A stretch of 64,000 bases of DNA from Octopus vulgaris (lineage: Eukaryota). The position numbers and the translations under genes were made by a program. The DNA lies in NCBI GenBank assembly GCA_951406725.2, contig OX597837.1:12338001-12402000 (forward strand), given 5' to 3'. This document shows positions 28,435 through 44,750 of this stretch, one piece after another; position 1 is the stretch's first letter; the number at the start of each line of letters is the position of its first letter. Under the pieces are notes generated by a model. That model did not search any database. It worked only from the letters and a program-made list of their open reading frames with translations, and was not told the DNA's origin.

Positions 28435-29898
28435 ATGTCTAAATTTACCAGCTGGATTAAGCGTTATTATTCTTGCCGATGGAGATTATGTTATGCCTCT
28501 ACTGCAGCATTTCTCGTTATGCAAACATTGAGAGTTGATCTAAGCATGGCATTTGTGTGTATGTTGAAAACGCCCAATCGTACAAACGAGGAAGTTAACA
28601 TTACTGCAAACAACCAAGAATGTTCCGGTTCAGGTAATCATTCAATAAATCAAAATTTTAAAGGAGAATTCGAATGGAGCGATACGTTACAATCGAACAT
28701 GCTGGCTGGGTACTTCTATGGATACGTAATAACAAACATTCTAGGTGGTATATTGGCTGATAAATACGGTGGGAAAAGAGTTGTTGCAGGTGCAATAATT
28801 TCAGCAGGCATTCTTACCATTCTTCATCCATGTTTAACTCGAATTAGTGGTTACATTACGCTTGTTTTCAGAATATTAACAGGTTTGTTATCAGGACCGA
28901 TAGTCCCAGCAATTCAGTCCTTATATGGCCGTTGGGCGCCTCCGCAAGAAATTAGTTTATTGGTTGGGCTTACATTTGCAGGTCAGATTCTAGGCAATAT
29001 TGTAGGACTTTCAATATCAGGTTTTCTTTGTGTTTATGGATTTGATAATGGATGGGGTTCTATATTCTATGTATTCGGTGTATTATCGTTGGTGTTTAGT
29101 TGTGTGTGGCTTTATGTTGTTTATGACACTCCAGATGACCATCCAACCATTAGCGAAAAAGAACTCTCTTATTTAAACAGAACAATAATAAGTAAAAATG
29201 TAGTTAAAACAGTGCCATGGAAACGACTCCTTTCTTCACCTGCAGTTTGGGCCATTTGCATTGCTTGGTTTGCTCATAGCTGGACTGATTTGTCTTTCCA
29301 GGTGTTGCTCCCTCTCTATATGAAAGAAGCCTTAAACGTTAATACAACCTCCAACGGTTTAATGTCATCTGCTCCTTCGGTCGGACAAATCATTGCCCTT
29401 CCCCTGTGCGGGAAATTGGCTGATTTTATACGTTTAAAGAAATACATGTCAACTCGTTCTGTTCGAGTTTTATTCCAGACCTTCGCGCTGATTGCTTCAG
29501 CATGTCTGTTGATTGCCGTAGGATTCCTCAGATGCGACCAAACCATTCCAATAATTATGCTCCTGTTTCTCATTGGTATAACTCTGTCATTTTCCAGTGG
29601 TGGTGTTATCGTCAACAACAATGATATTGCTCCAAGTTATGCCGGGATTGTATTTGGCATTGCTAATTCTTTCGCAACAACGTCTGGTGGTATCAGTTCC
29701 TTAACTACAAAAGCTCTCACCCCAAACGGTACACAACAAGAATGGCAGATTGTGTTGGCCTTGTGTGCCGCTATATGTGTAGTCGGTGCAATATTGTACG
29801 CAATATTGGCAAAGGGAGAAACCGAAAAGTGGGCGATTCCGAAAGACTTAGCTTTATCTGTTCCTCTGAACGATATAAACACAAATAAAACGGTTTAA
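28435..29898 (+). CDS. SLC17/sialin-like transporter, paralog 3 (487 aa)
   Basis: Intact single-exon ORF, with putative acceptor ttttcag at 28380. Confidence 0.95.
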   Translation: MSKFTSWIKRYYSCRWRLCYASTAAFLVMQTLRVDLSMAFVCMLKTPNRTNEEVNITANNQECSGSGNHSINQNFKGEFEWSDTLQSNMLAGYFYGYVITNILGGILADKYGGKRVVAGAIISAGILTILHPCLTRISGYITLVFRILTGLLSGPIVPAIQSLYGRWAPPQEISLLVGLTFAGQILGNIVGLSISGFLCVYGFDNGWGSIFYVFGVLSLVFSCVWLYVVYDTPDDHPTISEKELSYLNRTIISKNVVKTVPWKRLLSSPAVWAICIAWFAHSWTDLSFQVLLPLYMKEALNVNTTSNGLMSSAPSVGQIIALPLCGKLADFIRLKKYMSTRSVRVLFQTFALIASACLLIAVGFLRCDQTIPIIMLLFLIGITLSFSSGGVIVNNNDIAPSYAGIVFGIANSFATTSGGISSLTTKALTPNGTQQEWQIVLALCAAICVVGAILYAILAKGETEKWAIPKDLALSVPLNDINTNKTV

Positions 29899-30122
29899 CT
29901 CGTTTTACTGAAATCTTAGCGAGATTAAACCTGACAAGATCTTACATTTATTTACACCGGTGTTTGTGTCATGTAAGTATGTATATATATATATCTGTTA
30001 AGTAAACATTGTAGCTATACAATGACCATTAATATATTTTATTAAAAATATCACAGAGCTAAATCGTCGAACACATAGGTCTCGGTAACTATTTTCCTCT
30101 CTCAAATATATTGACATACCAA

Positions 30123-30300
30123 AGGCGGTGAGCTGGCAGAAACGTTAGCGCGCCGGGCGAAATGCTTAGCGGTATTTCGTCTGTCGTTACGTTCTGAGTT
30201 CAAATTCCGCCGAGGTCGACTTTGCCTTTCATCCTTTCGGGGTCGATAAATAAAGTACCAGTTTCGCACTGGGTCGATGTAATCGACTTAATCCGTCTGT
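30123..30300 (+). mobile_element. tRNA-derived SINE, family A
   Basis: aggcggtgagctggcagaaacgttagcgcgccgggcgaaatgcttagcgg... Confidence 0.85.
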
Positions 30301-30748
30301 AGTTATCTATAGTTATGTTTTTATTCATGTAACAAAAATATCTTTAAATGATTATTCCGGAGCATATTCACCATCTACTTCAATTACTGCTTCCCATTTG
30401 CTTGGCAGACGGTGAGACCATCATTTAAAGATGTTTTTGTTAAATATTGTTATCGTTTTTGTTGAATAAAATTTGTTGAAATAAAAAGCTGCAATAATTA
30501 TGCACCAACCCAATAGTTGTTATTATTGCTGTAGTATCAATCGTGGTGATGGCGGCAGCGGTAGTACAAGAGGTCATCTTCATTATAGTAGTAGTATTAG
30601 TGGTAGTAGCAGTAATAAAAATGACAGTTGTTATAGAAGTGTTGGGCGTGCAGCAACAAGATTTCACACCTAATCTAGCAATGCAAGTACGTCTCCGTAA
30701 TATACATGTGTGTGAGAGAGTGAGAGAGAGAGAGAGAAGGGAGAGTAT

Positions 30749-30781
<33 letters not shown>

Positions 30782-31494
30782 TACGTCTGTGTGTGTGTGT
30801 ACACATGTAAGTTTATCCTTGTCTTAGTCTATCTCTACCTCACCGCTTGACAACCAAGGGAGGGGCAGTCTCGGCGAGATTTGATCTCAGAACGTATATA
30901 TAGATATATTTTTTAAAATTTATTCATCTACTTATTTATGTATTTATTTATTCGCTTTTTACTCAAAACGCAAGGGAGGAAGGAGGTTGCTCTTGCGTGG
31001 TAGATAACAACAGTCCAGTAGGAGTCCGATGTGAGGCTCAAGGAGTCATCTATGATGCTACGGTGATACCTAGAGCTGCTATCCGCTTTACCAGCAATGT
31101 GCCATCCAACGACAACATTAGCAGATTAACCAGATTTAACGCCGGTAAAACCGCCACACACAGAGATGTTAACTAGTCCGAGATCAGCGTCACAGATTAC
31201 CACCACCACAGATAATGAACAAGCCACTATCATTGATATAAATAGTGTGACTAGGCCCGCAACATGTTACCACCAGGACAATCGCTACACCTAGAGATGA
31301 TAACCAATCCAGGACCAGCCACACAGAGGTGGTATCCGGCGTTCCCAGCACCACCAATACAATTATGACCAAATAATTGTATTCGACACCGATGGGATGA
31401 CCGGCCCCGATCGCGAAAATTTTTCCCACAAGAGTTCCGGACCCCAATATATATTATAATATCTATATATTATATAATATATATATAAATATGA

Positions 31495-34785
<3,291 letters not shown>

Positions 34786-34989
34786 TGTCAAAAATTTCAA
34801 AATTAGGTATATAAGAGTTGTTCCCCTTGAAAACTTAACTCATTCAGTGACATCTTTTTGAGTTGCGCCGACGGTGGTTTTTTTTTTTTCTTCTTGTAAC
34901 AGTCACGATGGCAGATGATGAGAGGCAGAGGTAAATCGGATAAACTTTCATCCGATGCTACCGAGAATCTGCGAGTTTTGAATGTAAGT
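34786..34989 (+). promoter_or_regulatory. Putative promoter plus non-coding first exon of the SLC17 unit (copies at 44750-44944 and 54905-55113)
   Basis: TATATAAG at 34808, an Inr-like TCATTCAGT about 32 nt later, and a terminal aat|GTAAGT donor at 34984. Donors recur at 44939 and 55108. There is one copy upstream of each of paralogs 4, 5 and 6. Confidence 0.45.
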
Positions 34990-36131
34990 GTTTCAAGCTT
35001 GTATTATAATACATTTGGCTGGTGCATAATTATTGCGGCTGCTTTTTCAAAAAATTTTATTCAACGAAAAATTCAATATTTAAAAAAAAACATCTTTAAA
35101 TGACGGTCTGGCTGTCTGCCAAGCAAATGGGAAGCAGTAATTGAAGTAGATGGTGAATATGCTCCGGAATAATCATTTAAAGATGTTTTTGCTACGTGTT
35201 GTTGTTTTTGTTGAATGAAATTTGTTGAAAAAAAAGCCGCAGTTACTTATTCTATCGATACCTTTTTGGCGAACTGCTAGGTAAGGAAGACATAAACACT
35301 CCAACACCAGTTGTCCAACGCTATTGGGAGACAAATGCACACACACACACACACACATACATGTAGCCCGTCACAAGGTTACTCGTGCACAGCTACGTAG
35401 AATGAAGTGTGTTTTGCTCTAGAACACAACACGGTACAAAGTGCGCTATGAATGATTCGTATCTCAGAACATAGAAGTTTGTGTCCAGGCAGGAAAGACA
35501 TTTAAGTAAACCAAGCAGATAATAATAAGATGCGTCACGAGTCCAAAGATTCATAAGGCTGATGCTGTCTGAAGGTATCTGCACCGTGAGTAGTTGCACG
35601 GGTGGTGGTGTTGCTGCTGGTGGAGTGGAGGCCGCACGAATGTATCGGCCTAATTGTGATCTATGCATTTTGTGGCTCGTTATTAAGTAGATATTATACG
35701 GCCCCATTCACTAATTTATCTGCGGATCTATAAAGCTGTTAAAAAACGGCCCGGTACAAGGCCTCGGGTTAACCCGAATTTCATGGTGTATAAGTGACTG
35801 ATATCACAGCTCTGTCAATCTTCCCACCAACACCACTGAATGGGATGCCGGACTGTTGCAGGGATAATTCCCCAGTTTCTTCTAGGAGTCATTTACGGTG
35901 AGTGGACTGATTTTCGTGAAATAAAGAGTTTTGTTCAAGAACACAACGCACTGATCAGCCCAGCAGTCGAAACCAGTATCTTAGCATCATGAGTCGAATA
36001 CCCTAACCACTTAGCCATGGATCTAAAGAACGAAAAATGGAGAAAAGCTAAAGGAAAAAATTGCTTGGAGTGCTTCCAAACCAAACGGTTCCAGGTTCAG
36101 TCCCACTGCTTGGCACATTGGGTAGGTGTCT

Positions 36132-36191
<60 letters not shown>

Positions 36192-36194
36192 CTT

Positions 36195-36288
<94 letters not shown>

Positions 36289-36563
36289 TATATTAGAGAT
36301 AAAACCACTATTAGGCAAATCAAACAGTGAAAATCATAAGCCAATACATAGAAATAAAATTAATTAAAAAATATAAAAAATATAAAATATGAAATATAAA
36401 AATCCAATTAAAATATTTGAATTAAAGTTAAGATTTTTAAAAATTATTAATTTTATTATTTTAAAATATTATTATTATTATTATTATTATCATTTTTTTA
36501 AATATTAATTTTTCCCTGTAAGTTTGGATTTACTCCCTAATATTATATATGAATATATATATA

Positions 36564-36699
36564 TAATTTATTTTATAGAAGGAGCTTCTACAGGACTAGA
36601 ACTGTTTCATTCAAAAGAAATCATCAGGAAGCTTCTTGATGATTTCTTTTGAATGAAACAGTTCTAGTCCTGTAGAAGCTCCTTCTATAAAATAAATTA
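36564..36699. ncRNA. 136-bp near-perfect palindrome encoding a hammerhead on each strand
   Basis: Centre is gaag|cttc at 36631/36632. Minus strand: gcttc-CTGATGA-tttcttttgaat-GAAA-cag-ttctagtc-ctg-TA-gaagc. The plus-strand copy is identical except TTGATGA. Confidence 0.8.
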
Positions 36700-36761
36700 A
36701 TTTACTCTGCTATGTATTGAGTACCTTATTTACTGTGGTTAACCCCGACTCAACCCGGGAC

Positions 36762-36807
<46 letters not shown>

Positions 36808-37166
36808 TTTATAGTTTAAAAAACCTAAATTAATTTAGAAAAAGGCACACATGTATAATTTAGAGAATGTTTCCTAAATTATAACCCGTTTCCATGAATC
36901 CATCTTATCAAAATTTATTATAAATATTAGAACGAATTTTGGTGGGAGTAAGAATTATAAACATTTTTGAGGTGTGTTTAACAGTTTTTACCCATGTTTG
37001 AGTTCTCAATGTGTAAATATAGGTACTAAATATGGATACAAATTGTTAAACCCTACCAAAAATTTCTTTTCTCTTTGACTCCCCGCCGAATTCTTGCTCG
37101 GAGTGCTTCCCAATCACATGATTCCAGGTTCAGTCCCACTGCTTTGCACGTTGGCCAGGAGTTTTT

Positions 37167-37256
<90 letters not shown>

Positions 37257-37305
37257 GTCTGTCTGTCTGTCTGTCTATCATTCTATCTATCTATTTCTCT
37301 ATTTA

Positions 37306-37355
<50 letters not shown>

Positions 37356-37455
37356 TACATTAAAAGGCCTCTAAAAGAAGAAGCAAGTACTAGATACACA
37401 AAAAGAGGATAAATTCATGAAATGAAAATCAAAAACGTTTACAAACTCAGCTCAT

Positions 37456-37528
37456 CTTGTACTGCAGTTTCGTCTTTTTTTTAGCAGATGGATATAATTT
37501 ATCTGCCAAGGCTAGACTCTTCAGCAAG
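37456..37528 (-). ncRNA. Type I hammerhead ribozyme motif
   Basis: Reverse complement: cttg-CTGAAGA-gtc..ggcagat..atctgct..gac-GAAA-ctgcag-TA-caag. The core is canonical, and the stem II extension is related to the motif at 4894. Confidence 0.85.
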
Positions 37529-37989
37529 CAGCCTTTGTCATCCTAGAAGTCCATATCGTTAGAAGTCCTAGAAGTCCATATGTGCGATTCTAACGACTCG
37601 CATTCTCTAACTTTTCAGACCAGTGCGCAGACGCAAAACATACCCGGCGAACAGAGAGGATGCCGGTAGAAGGTCTACGAGCAAAAATTTTATCAATTCA
37701 ATAATGAAAAATTGAATTAGACCATATTTAGAAAACTTACATATTATAGAAAGATTAAATATAAGATGAAAACATATAACAATGATTAAGTAATGTGCAA
37801 AATAATAAACAAAACGCATATATTTGTTATATATTATTTTGTACATAATTAATCATTGTTATATGTTTTATCTTCTATTTAATCTTTCGTGGAGCTTTAG
37901 GTGTTTTCGCTCAATAAACACTCACAACGCCCGGTCTGGGAATCGAAACCGCGAGTTCGCTTTCCTTGCCACCGGGTAATTGCGCTTCC

Positions 37990-38085
<96 letters not shown>

Positions 38086-39236
38086 ATACATACATATATA
38101 TTTATACATATACATATATATATATATCATATTTTGTGAAATTTGATTTAGTATTTTTAAACTGAATTTTTTCCTGTAAGTTTGGAATAATATTCCCTCA
38201 TATAATAATAATAATTATTATTATTATTATGTATATATATATGTATATATATGTATGTGCATATATATATATATATATAAATCCATTACATCTAATATTA
38301 TATGTTACTATTTATCGCTTTATCTACTTTGAGTTCTAGTTCAAGGCTTCTAAACTTTTATGCTGTAAAACAAAATATATATATAAACAAATGAGTTCAT
38401 ATTGATTCCTTATATTGACACAGGTCCACACAAGTCAGTGAATGCACAATCGACAGATTCTTGCCTCAACAGACGACATAAAGAGACGTTAAGTAATTCT
38501 GAAGAATATTTTTTTCTCAATTTCGCCCATTCTGTCCACCCATATTTATCACTGGATGCAAATTTTCTGAAGAGGGATCTTCACTTTTCGCCACTCGTTT
38601 GAAACAAAGAGTAAATTACTCAGGAAATGAATGAACAGTCTGCTTTTTTTTTAAGTGTAAAGATTCAGAGAAACGGTGGACAGAAAAGGAATTGGGAATT
38701 TTGTCTCCTCGATTTTCCGTATCATTACAGTGTAAAAAAAGTCTTAGAATCTATGTTCTCTGTATATTACTGGTATAAAGTTGTACCTTAACAGTAATTT
38801 ACCTTTTTTCTTGATTGTATATTTGTCTTGCTCTGAGGAATTTAGTGTCAAAGAAAAACAGAAAAGAAATACAGCTAAAACAAATCAATATATGTCTTTA
38901 CAATGTGTGGTAAATGGCATGCATGCTTATCGATTATAAATAAAGCTAAATGACTGCGAAATGTAATTGTACTAATGAGATTCTCATCATAGTTTTGGAA
39001 GATTATATCTCATTCTATGAAAAAAAATACGTTTTAGAGAACACAAAAACATATTTTATATAATAAAATTATTTTAAACAAAGTGACCAAATCAATGAAA
39101 TAATTTGTTAATTGTCGAACGCTACCTTTCAGGGTTTATTTCAGCAGACAGAACGTACACCTCTCAGGAATTGATATCCTTTCAGATTCGAAACCTCAAC
39201 CAAAACCTCGGGAGGATCCGTAGAAAAGATACAACA

Positions 39237-40699
39237 ATGTCTCGATTTACTTATCGCATTCAGCGTTGTTACTCGTGTCGATGGAGGTTATGTTATATTT
39301 GTGCAATAGCTTCTCTTGTTGTGCAAACATTAAGAGTCGATATAAGTATGGCGTTTGTTTGTATGTTGAAAACCCCGAATCGTACAAGCGAAGAAGTTAA
39401 CGTTACTACAAACAACCAACATTGTTCCGGATTCGATAACCGTTCAATGATCGAAAACTATGAAGGAGAGTTTGAATGGAGCGACACGTTACAATCAAAC
39501 ATACTGGCTGGATACTTCTATGGATATATAGCAACTAATTATTTGGGTGGTTTATTGGCCAATAAATTTGGTGCGAAAAGAGTTGTCGGAGGTTCAATAT
39601 TCTCAGCATCCATTCTGACCATTCTTCACCCAAGTCTGTCTCGAATTAGTGGTTACTTGACCCTCGTTCTAAGGATATTAACAGGTATGGCATCAGGGCC
39701 AATATACCCAGGAATTCATTCTTTATATGGACGTTGGGCGCCTCCGCAAGAAATTGGTTCGTTGGTTGGGCTTACATTTTCTGGTCTAAATTTAGGCAAT
39801 ATTGTAGGACTTTCAACATCAGGTTATCTTTGCGTTTATGGCTTTGATAATGGGTGGGGTTCTATATTCTATCTATTTGGTGGATTATCATTGGTGTTTA
39901 GTTGTGTGTGGTTTTATATTGTCTACGATACTCCAGATGCCCATCCAACCATTAGCGACAAAGAACTTTCTTATTTAAACAGCACAATAATAAGTGAAAA
40001 GGTGGTGAAAAAGTACCTTGGAAAAGACTAATTTCTTCTCCCGCTGTATGGGCCATTAGCATTGGTCGGTTTGCTCATAGTTGGACTAGTTTAACTTTCG
40101 AGGTTTTGCTCCCTCTTTATATGAATGAAGCCTTGAACGTTAATACAACCTCCAACGGTTTAATGTCATCTGCTCCTTCGGTTGGACAAATCATTGCACT
40201 ACCTCTGTGCGGGAACTTGGCTGATTTTATACGTTTAAAGAAATATATGTCAACTCGTTGTGTTCGCGTGTTATTCCAAACCTTTGCGCTGATTGCTTCA
40301 GCATGTCTGTTGATAGCCACAGGCTTCCTCACATGTAACCAAACTGTTCTAATAACTATCTTATTGTTTCTCATTGGTATAACTCTATCATTTTCCAGTG
40401 GTGGTGTTATCGTCAACAACAATGATATTGCCCCAAGTTATTCTGGAATTATATTTGGAATTGCAAACACTTTCGCAACAACTTCGGGAAGTATTTCTCC
40501 TTTATCTGCCAAAGCTTTCACCCCAAACGGTACACAAGAAGAATGGCAGATCGTGTTTGCCTTAAATGCTACTGTATGTGTAGTTAGCACAATATTATAT
40601 GCAATATTAGCCAGAGGAGAAATTCAAGATTGGGCGATTTCGGAAGACTCTGGATCACCTGTTCACCTTGACGACATGAACACAAATAAATCGGTTTAA
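39237..40699 (+). pseudogene. SLC17/sialin-like paralog 4 with a 1-nt frameshift (pseudogene or assembly error)
   Basis: 1463 nt versus 1464 in intact copies. The A-run at 40008-40012 has 5 A, where paralog 5 has 6 (gtg aaa aaa gta). Both halves are otherwise open. Confidence 0.85.
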
Positions 40700-40854
40700 C
40701 TAGTTTACTGAAATTTTAGTTAGACCAAACATAGCATTATCAATTAGAATGTATAGTTCTTTTTATTTCAGTGATTCCGTAATGTATATATTGCAAACAC
40801 TTTCGCATATGTATGTATGTGTGTGCGTGTATATATATATATATATATAATATA

Positions 40855-41493
40855 TATATATATGAAAAAACAAGTCAAAATAGGAAATGCTAAAATAATT
40901 TTATAAAGAACATTTCAGTACCGGTTTCGGTCATTTTGAGACCTTTTCAACTGTAACGATTAAATAATTAAATTTAGAAAATTAGAAGAAACGTTTTTTT
41001 AAAAGAATATTTGTATAGAGTTCAAATATAAGTGGCATTCTGCCTTTCTCTGTCTCCCTTGTTTGCACTTGTGTGTTCGAGGTCGTTGTGAATTCTTGGT
41101 AGGGTAGAGGCAGAAGAAGGCATAGAAATATTCTCCTGAATTGAACTGCGACTGCTAGCCGCCACTGACCATTCAAAATACGACCATCAGGGCACTCCCA
41201 GATTTTCCCACCCCCTCTCCCCATGAGCCTTCTTCTGCCTCTACCCTACCGAGAATTCACAACGACCTCGAACACACAAGTGCAAACAAGTGAGACAGAG
41301 AAAGGCAGAATGCCACTTATATTTGAACACTATACAAATATTCCTTTAAAAAGACTTTTCTTCTAATTTTTCTAAATTTAATTATTTAATCGTTACAGTT
41401 GAAAAGGTCTCAAAATGACCGAAACCGGTACTGAAATGTTCTTTATAAAATTATTTTAGCATTTTCTATTTTGACTTGTTTTTTCATATATAT
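40855..41493. repeat. Foldback element: ~265-bp inverted arms around a ~105-bp spacer, each arm carrying a U3-A8 hammerhead (40916-40953 minus; 41396-41433 plus)
   Basis: Arms 40855-41121 and 41227-41493 are reverse complements. The motif is cag-TTGAAAA-ggtc-tcaaaat-gacc-GAAA-ccgg-TA-ctg. Confidence 0.85.
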
Positions 41494-41519
41494 CAACTCG
41501 TGTGTTCCTTTTCACCCTT

Positions 41520-41603
<84 letters not shown>

Positions 41604-41951
41604 GTATGTGTGTGTGTGTGCGTGTATGCTTGCATGTAAGCCTGTTGTCCTTTTCTATTTTATTTCAGAATAAATCTCGACCGGCCACCTACTTGATAGT
41701 GAGGCTGTGAAGGAAAGCATCTTCCTTTAGCCAACACCCTTTAAATTTTTTCAAAAAATGACTTGCAGATTTTTATTCTGTGTGTCTGTCTGACTGTTTA
41801 AATGTTAGTATGTATTTGTGTGTGTGTATATATATATATATATACCGTGACCGACCAGGCTATCAGATGTTGCTACACATCGCTGGTCACAATGCGCTTT
41901 GCATTGTTTTTAGCCTTCAAATGACGCCACCCCGCTGGCTAAGCGAGCAGG

Positions 41952-41993
<42 letters not shown>

Positions 41994-42608
41994 CATGTAT
42001 GTATGTGTGTGTGTGTATGTATGTGTGTGTGCTTGTATGTACGTTCGTACGTATGTGTGTATTTCATTAAAAAAATTGTAGCTTTAAAATTAACATAGAA
42101 TTATATCCTACAACATTTTGGCAATCTAGATTTCATAACCATTCGTTTAGGTTTAGAAGAAAAATGTTATTCCACGAAACTTAGTAAATGTATTTGGGAT
42201 TTGAAAGACAGGAAGATTAACTACGATATAGAATGGTCCATTACGTACTGCGCTCCTTCGCACAATACTGATAATTTTAAATGTGATTCTTGTCTAGAAG
42301 AAATCTTTTATATAATTACTACAAAAAAAAAATTATAAAATTCTAGAACCAGTCTTACGTTTGAAATGTTCCCATAAATATGAAGAATTTTTTTTCTATA
42401 TCTAAATATGTTGGCACAATAGAAAAGATCGTTAGTAATGTGTGATGTAATCATCAACTGACGATGTGGTTTCCTCTCTTCTTGTTGTCCAATATTCCGA
42501 ATTTATCGAAATTCTTGTAAGCGATATTGGGATCTACTTGTCATACATGCAGAATTACCTCGGATGTTAATTCTATTCGAATTTATTGGTACCTGTTTGT
42601 TTGATGTA

Positions 42609-43907
42609 TCAGGTCATCCCAAAAGTTCTTTCCAATTTTACCTTTTTAAAATTGAATGAAATTTAATACTATTTTTGAATATCCAGTGGAATTAAAATTT
42701 ATTTTTTATGCATTTTGTGTACATTTAAACTAATTAAATATTATTTTACAGAATAACAGAATTAAAATTTCTTTGATTAAAACCCTTTCTAACATGGAAG
42801 TATCCAAAGAGCATTTAAGGCACATAATGCTTTATGACTACAAAAAAGGAAACTCTGCAGCCGAAGTGACTCGAAACATACACTCAGTTTATGGGAAAGA
42901 ATGCTTGAATGAAAGAACTTGCAGAAGATGGTTTGCAAAGTTCAGAAGTGGAGATTTCAGCCTTGAAGATGAACATCGAACAGGACGTCCAGTTGAGTTT
43001 GATGAGGCATTACTTGAAGAAAATCCTTGAGGCATTACTTGAAGAAAATCCTGCATTATCACTTGAAGAATTGGCAATAAAGCTTAGTTCAAACCACACA
43101 ACTGTTCATCGTCATCTTCCACAACTTGGAAAGTCTCCTAAACTTGAAAAATGTGTGCCTCATGAATTGTTCGAAAGCAACCGCAAATCCCGAGTTGATA
43201 TCTGCTCTTCTCCCCATTTTCGCGAACTCAGTTCACCCTTTTTCGATAGACTTATGACTGGTGACGAAAAATGGATCTTATATTGGAATGCTAAACGTTG
43301 TAAACTGTGGCTTGGTAAAAGGGAAAAAGCCCAACCGCAACTGAGAAGGCAAGTTCATGGGAAAAAGGTTCTTCTCTCTATCTGGTGAAATTGCAAAGGA
43401 GTAATTCACTTTGAATTGTTACCACCTAATGCAACAATCAATGTTCAAGTCTACTGTCAGCAATTAGAGAGTTTGAACAAAGCTTTGAAGAAAAAAACTC
43501 GCTTTAGTGAATCAAAAAGGAGTGATGTTTCATCAGGACAATGCGTGACCCCACACCGCAAAGATCACATCACAGAAGATTGAAGAACTTAGTTGGGAAA
43601 AATTCCTCATCCACGTTATTCTCCAGACTTTGCTCCTTCAGACTACCATTTGTTTCGTAGTTTACAGAATCATTTGGGGGACATAACTTTCGCAAGCCAG
43701 GAGGAGGTCGAAACTGGCATTTCAGAGTTCTTCACTTTGAAACCAAAAGAGTTTTACATTGATGGGATTAATAAGCTTGTAAATAAATGGAAGGAAATCA
43801 TAGATTATCAGGGAAAGTAGATTGATGATTAAATTTCAATTAAATATAACATTTGATCACCTGTTTTCTTTATTCAAAATTCAAACAGAACTTGTGGGAT
43901 GACCTGA
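42609..43907 (+). mobile_element. Full-length (1299 bp) inactive mariner transposon
   Basis: TIRs tcaggtcatccca.aag / ctt.tgggatgacctga with TA on both sides. The transposase starts at ATG 42794 with an HTH and carries MTGDEKW, HQDNA*PH and HPRYSPDFAPSDYHLF. A 25-bp internal tandem duplication at about 43003-43052 and stop codons disrupt it. Confidence 0.93.
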
Positions 43908-44169
43908 TAGTAACATATGTTCATCTGAATAAAACAGCGATAATCGGTTCGCACGTTCGATATCACAGCTTTCTACCTCTGCTTGTCGTCTCTATCGTGT
44001 CTCACACCAGCGGAGTCCAAATGAAACACATTCCCAACTAAATACATGGCCGCGAGCTACTTTCATCGTTTCCTTGTTTCTGTCAATGAACTGTGGCCAT
44101 GTTGGGGCACGGCTTTCAGGGTTTAGACGAATTTAATTCTCAAGACTGGTACGTATTCTCCGTATCTCT

Positions 44170-44750
44170 TTCGCCTAACTACCGTTTTAGCGTGGCGGGC
44201 CCCCTCCCTTTCGGAGGTGTTCAGCTCTGGTGTTGGGTGCATGTCTTCTTTATTCTGTTCCCTGGCCTTTTCGATGTAGCGTCAACGAGTGTCAGCGGGC
44301 GACTGACTGTTTTGTCAAATTTTTCCCTTTAAATACCTGCTGATATGCTCCAGCAGGCAGCCCCAGCAAGTTGTCCCGTTACACTGTCTCAACTTTCACT
44401 GACCAATGGAGGGTGCGTAGTCTTAGCCCGCGCATTCTCTAAACGACCGTCACCTGTCAGTCAGCGAAGCTAATTCAGTGTCAGCTTGTCTCACCTCGTG
44501 ATGTTATTTTCCGCCGGCATGTTATGACTTTCAAGCCATTTTTGGTCTTCCCGCTTCAGCCATATATAGAAGCTGGCTCTTTCGACCGCCTCTTGTATTC
44601 TCCTGATTAGTTTTCTCAGCTCTGAGCTAGAAAAAACAAATCTTCTTTTGAATAGCGTTGTAATTTTTTTTTCAATGAAGTCCCTAGCCCCACTGCGAGG
44701 TGGTAATACTCGACATTTCATCCCTGTTCTCTGCACTCTTCGATTAGGTT
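44170..44750 (-). mobile_element. 3' fragment of an RLE-type LINE (HERO/NeSL-like)
   Basis: GMKCRVLP..GARDF...IQEAVERASFYIWLKRED resembles the C-terminus of HERO-type elements. Confidence 0.55.

Noticed and set aside
38402-38602. Repeated 63-66-aa [13 protein letters not shown]... (also at 47356 and 61900)
   Set aside because: It is part of the duplicated upstream block, starts at TTG, and is not preserved before paralogs 2 or 3.
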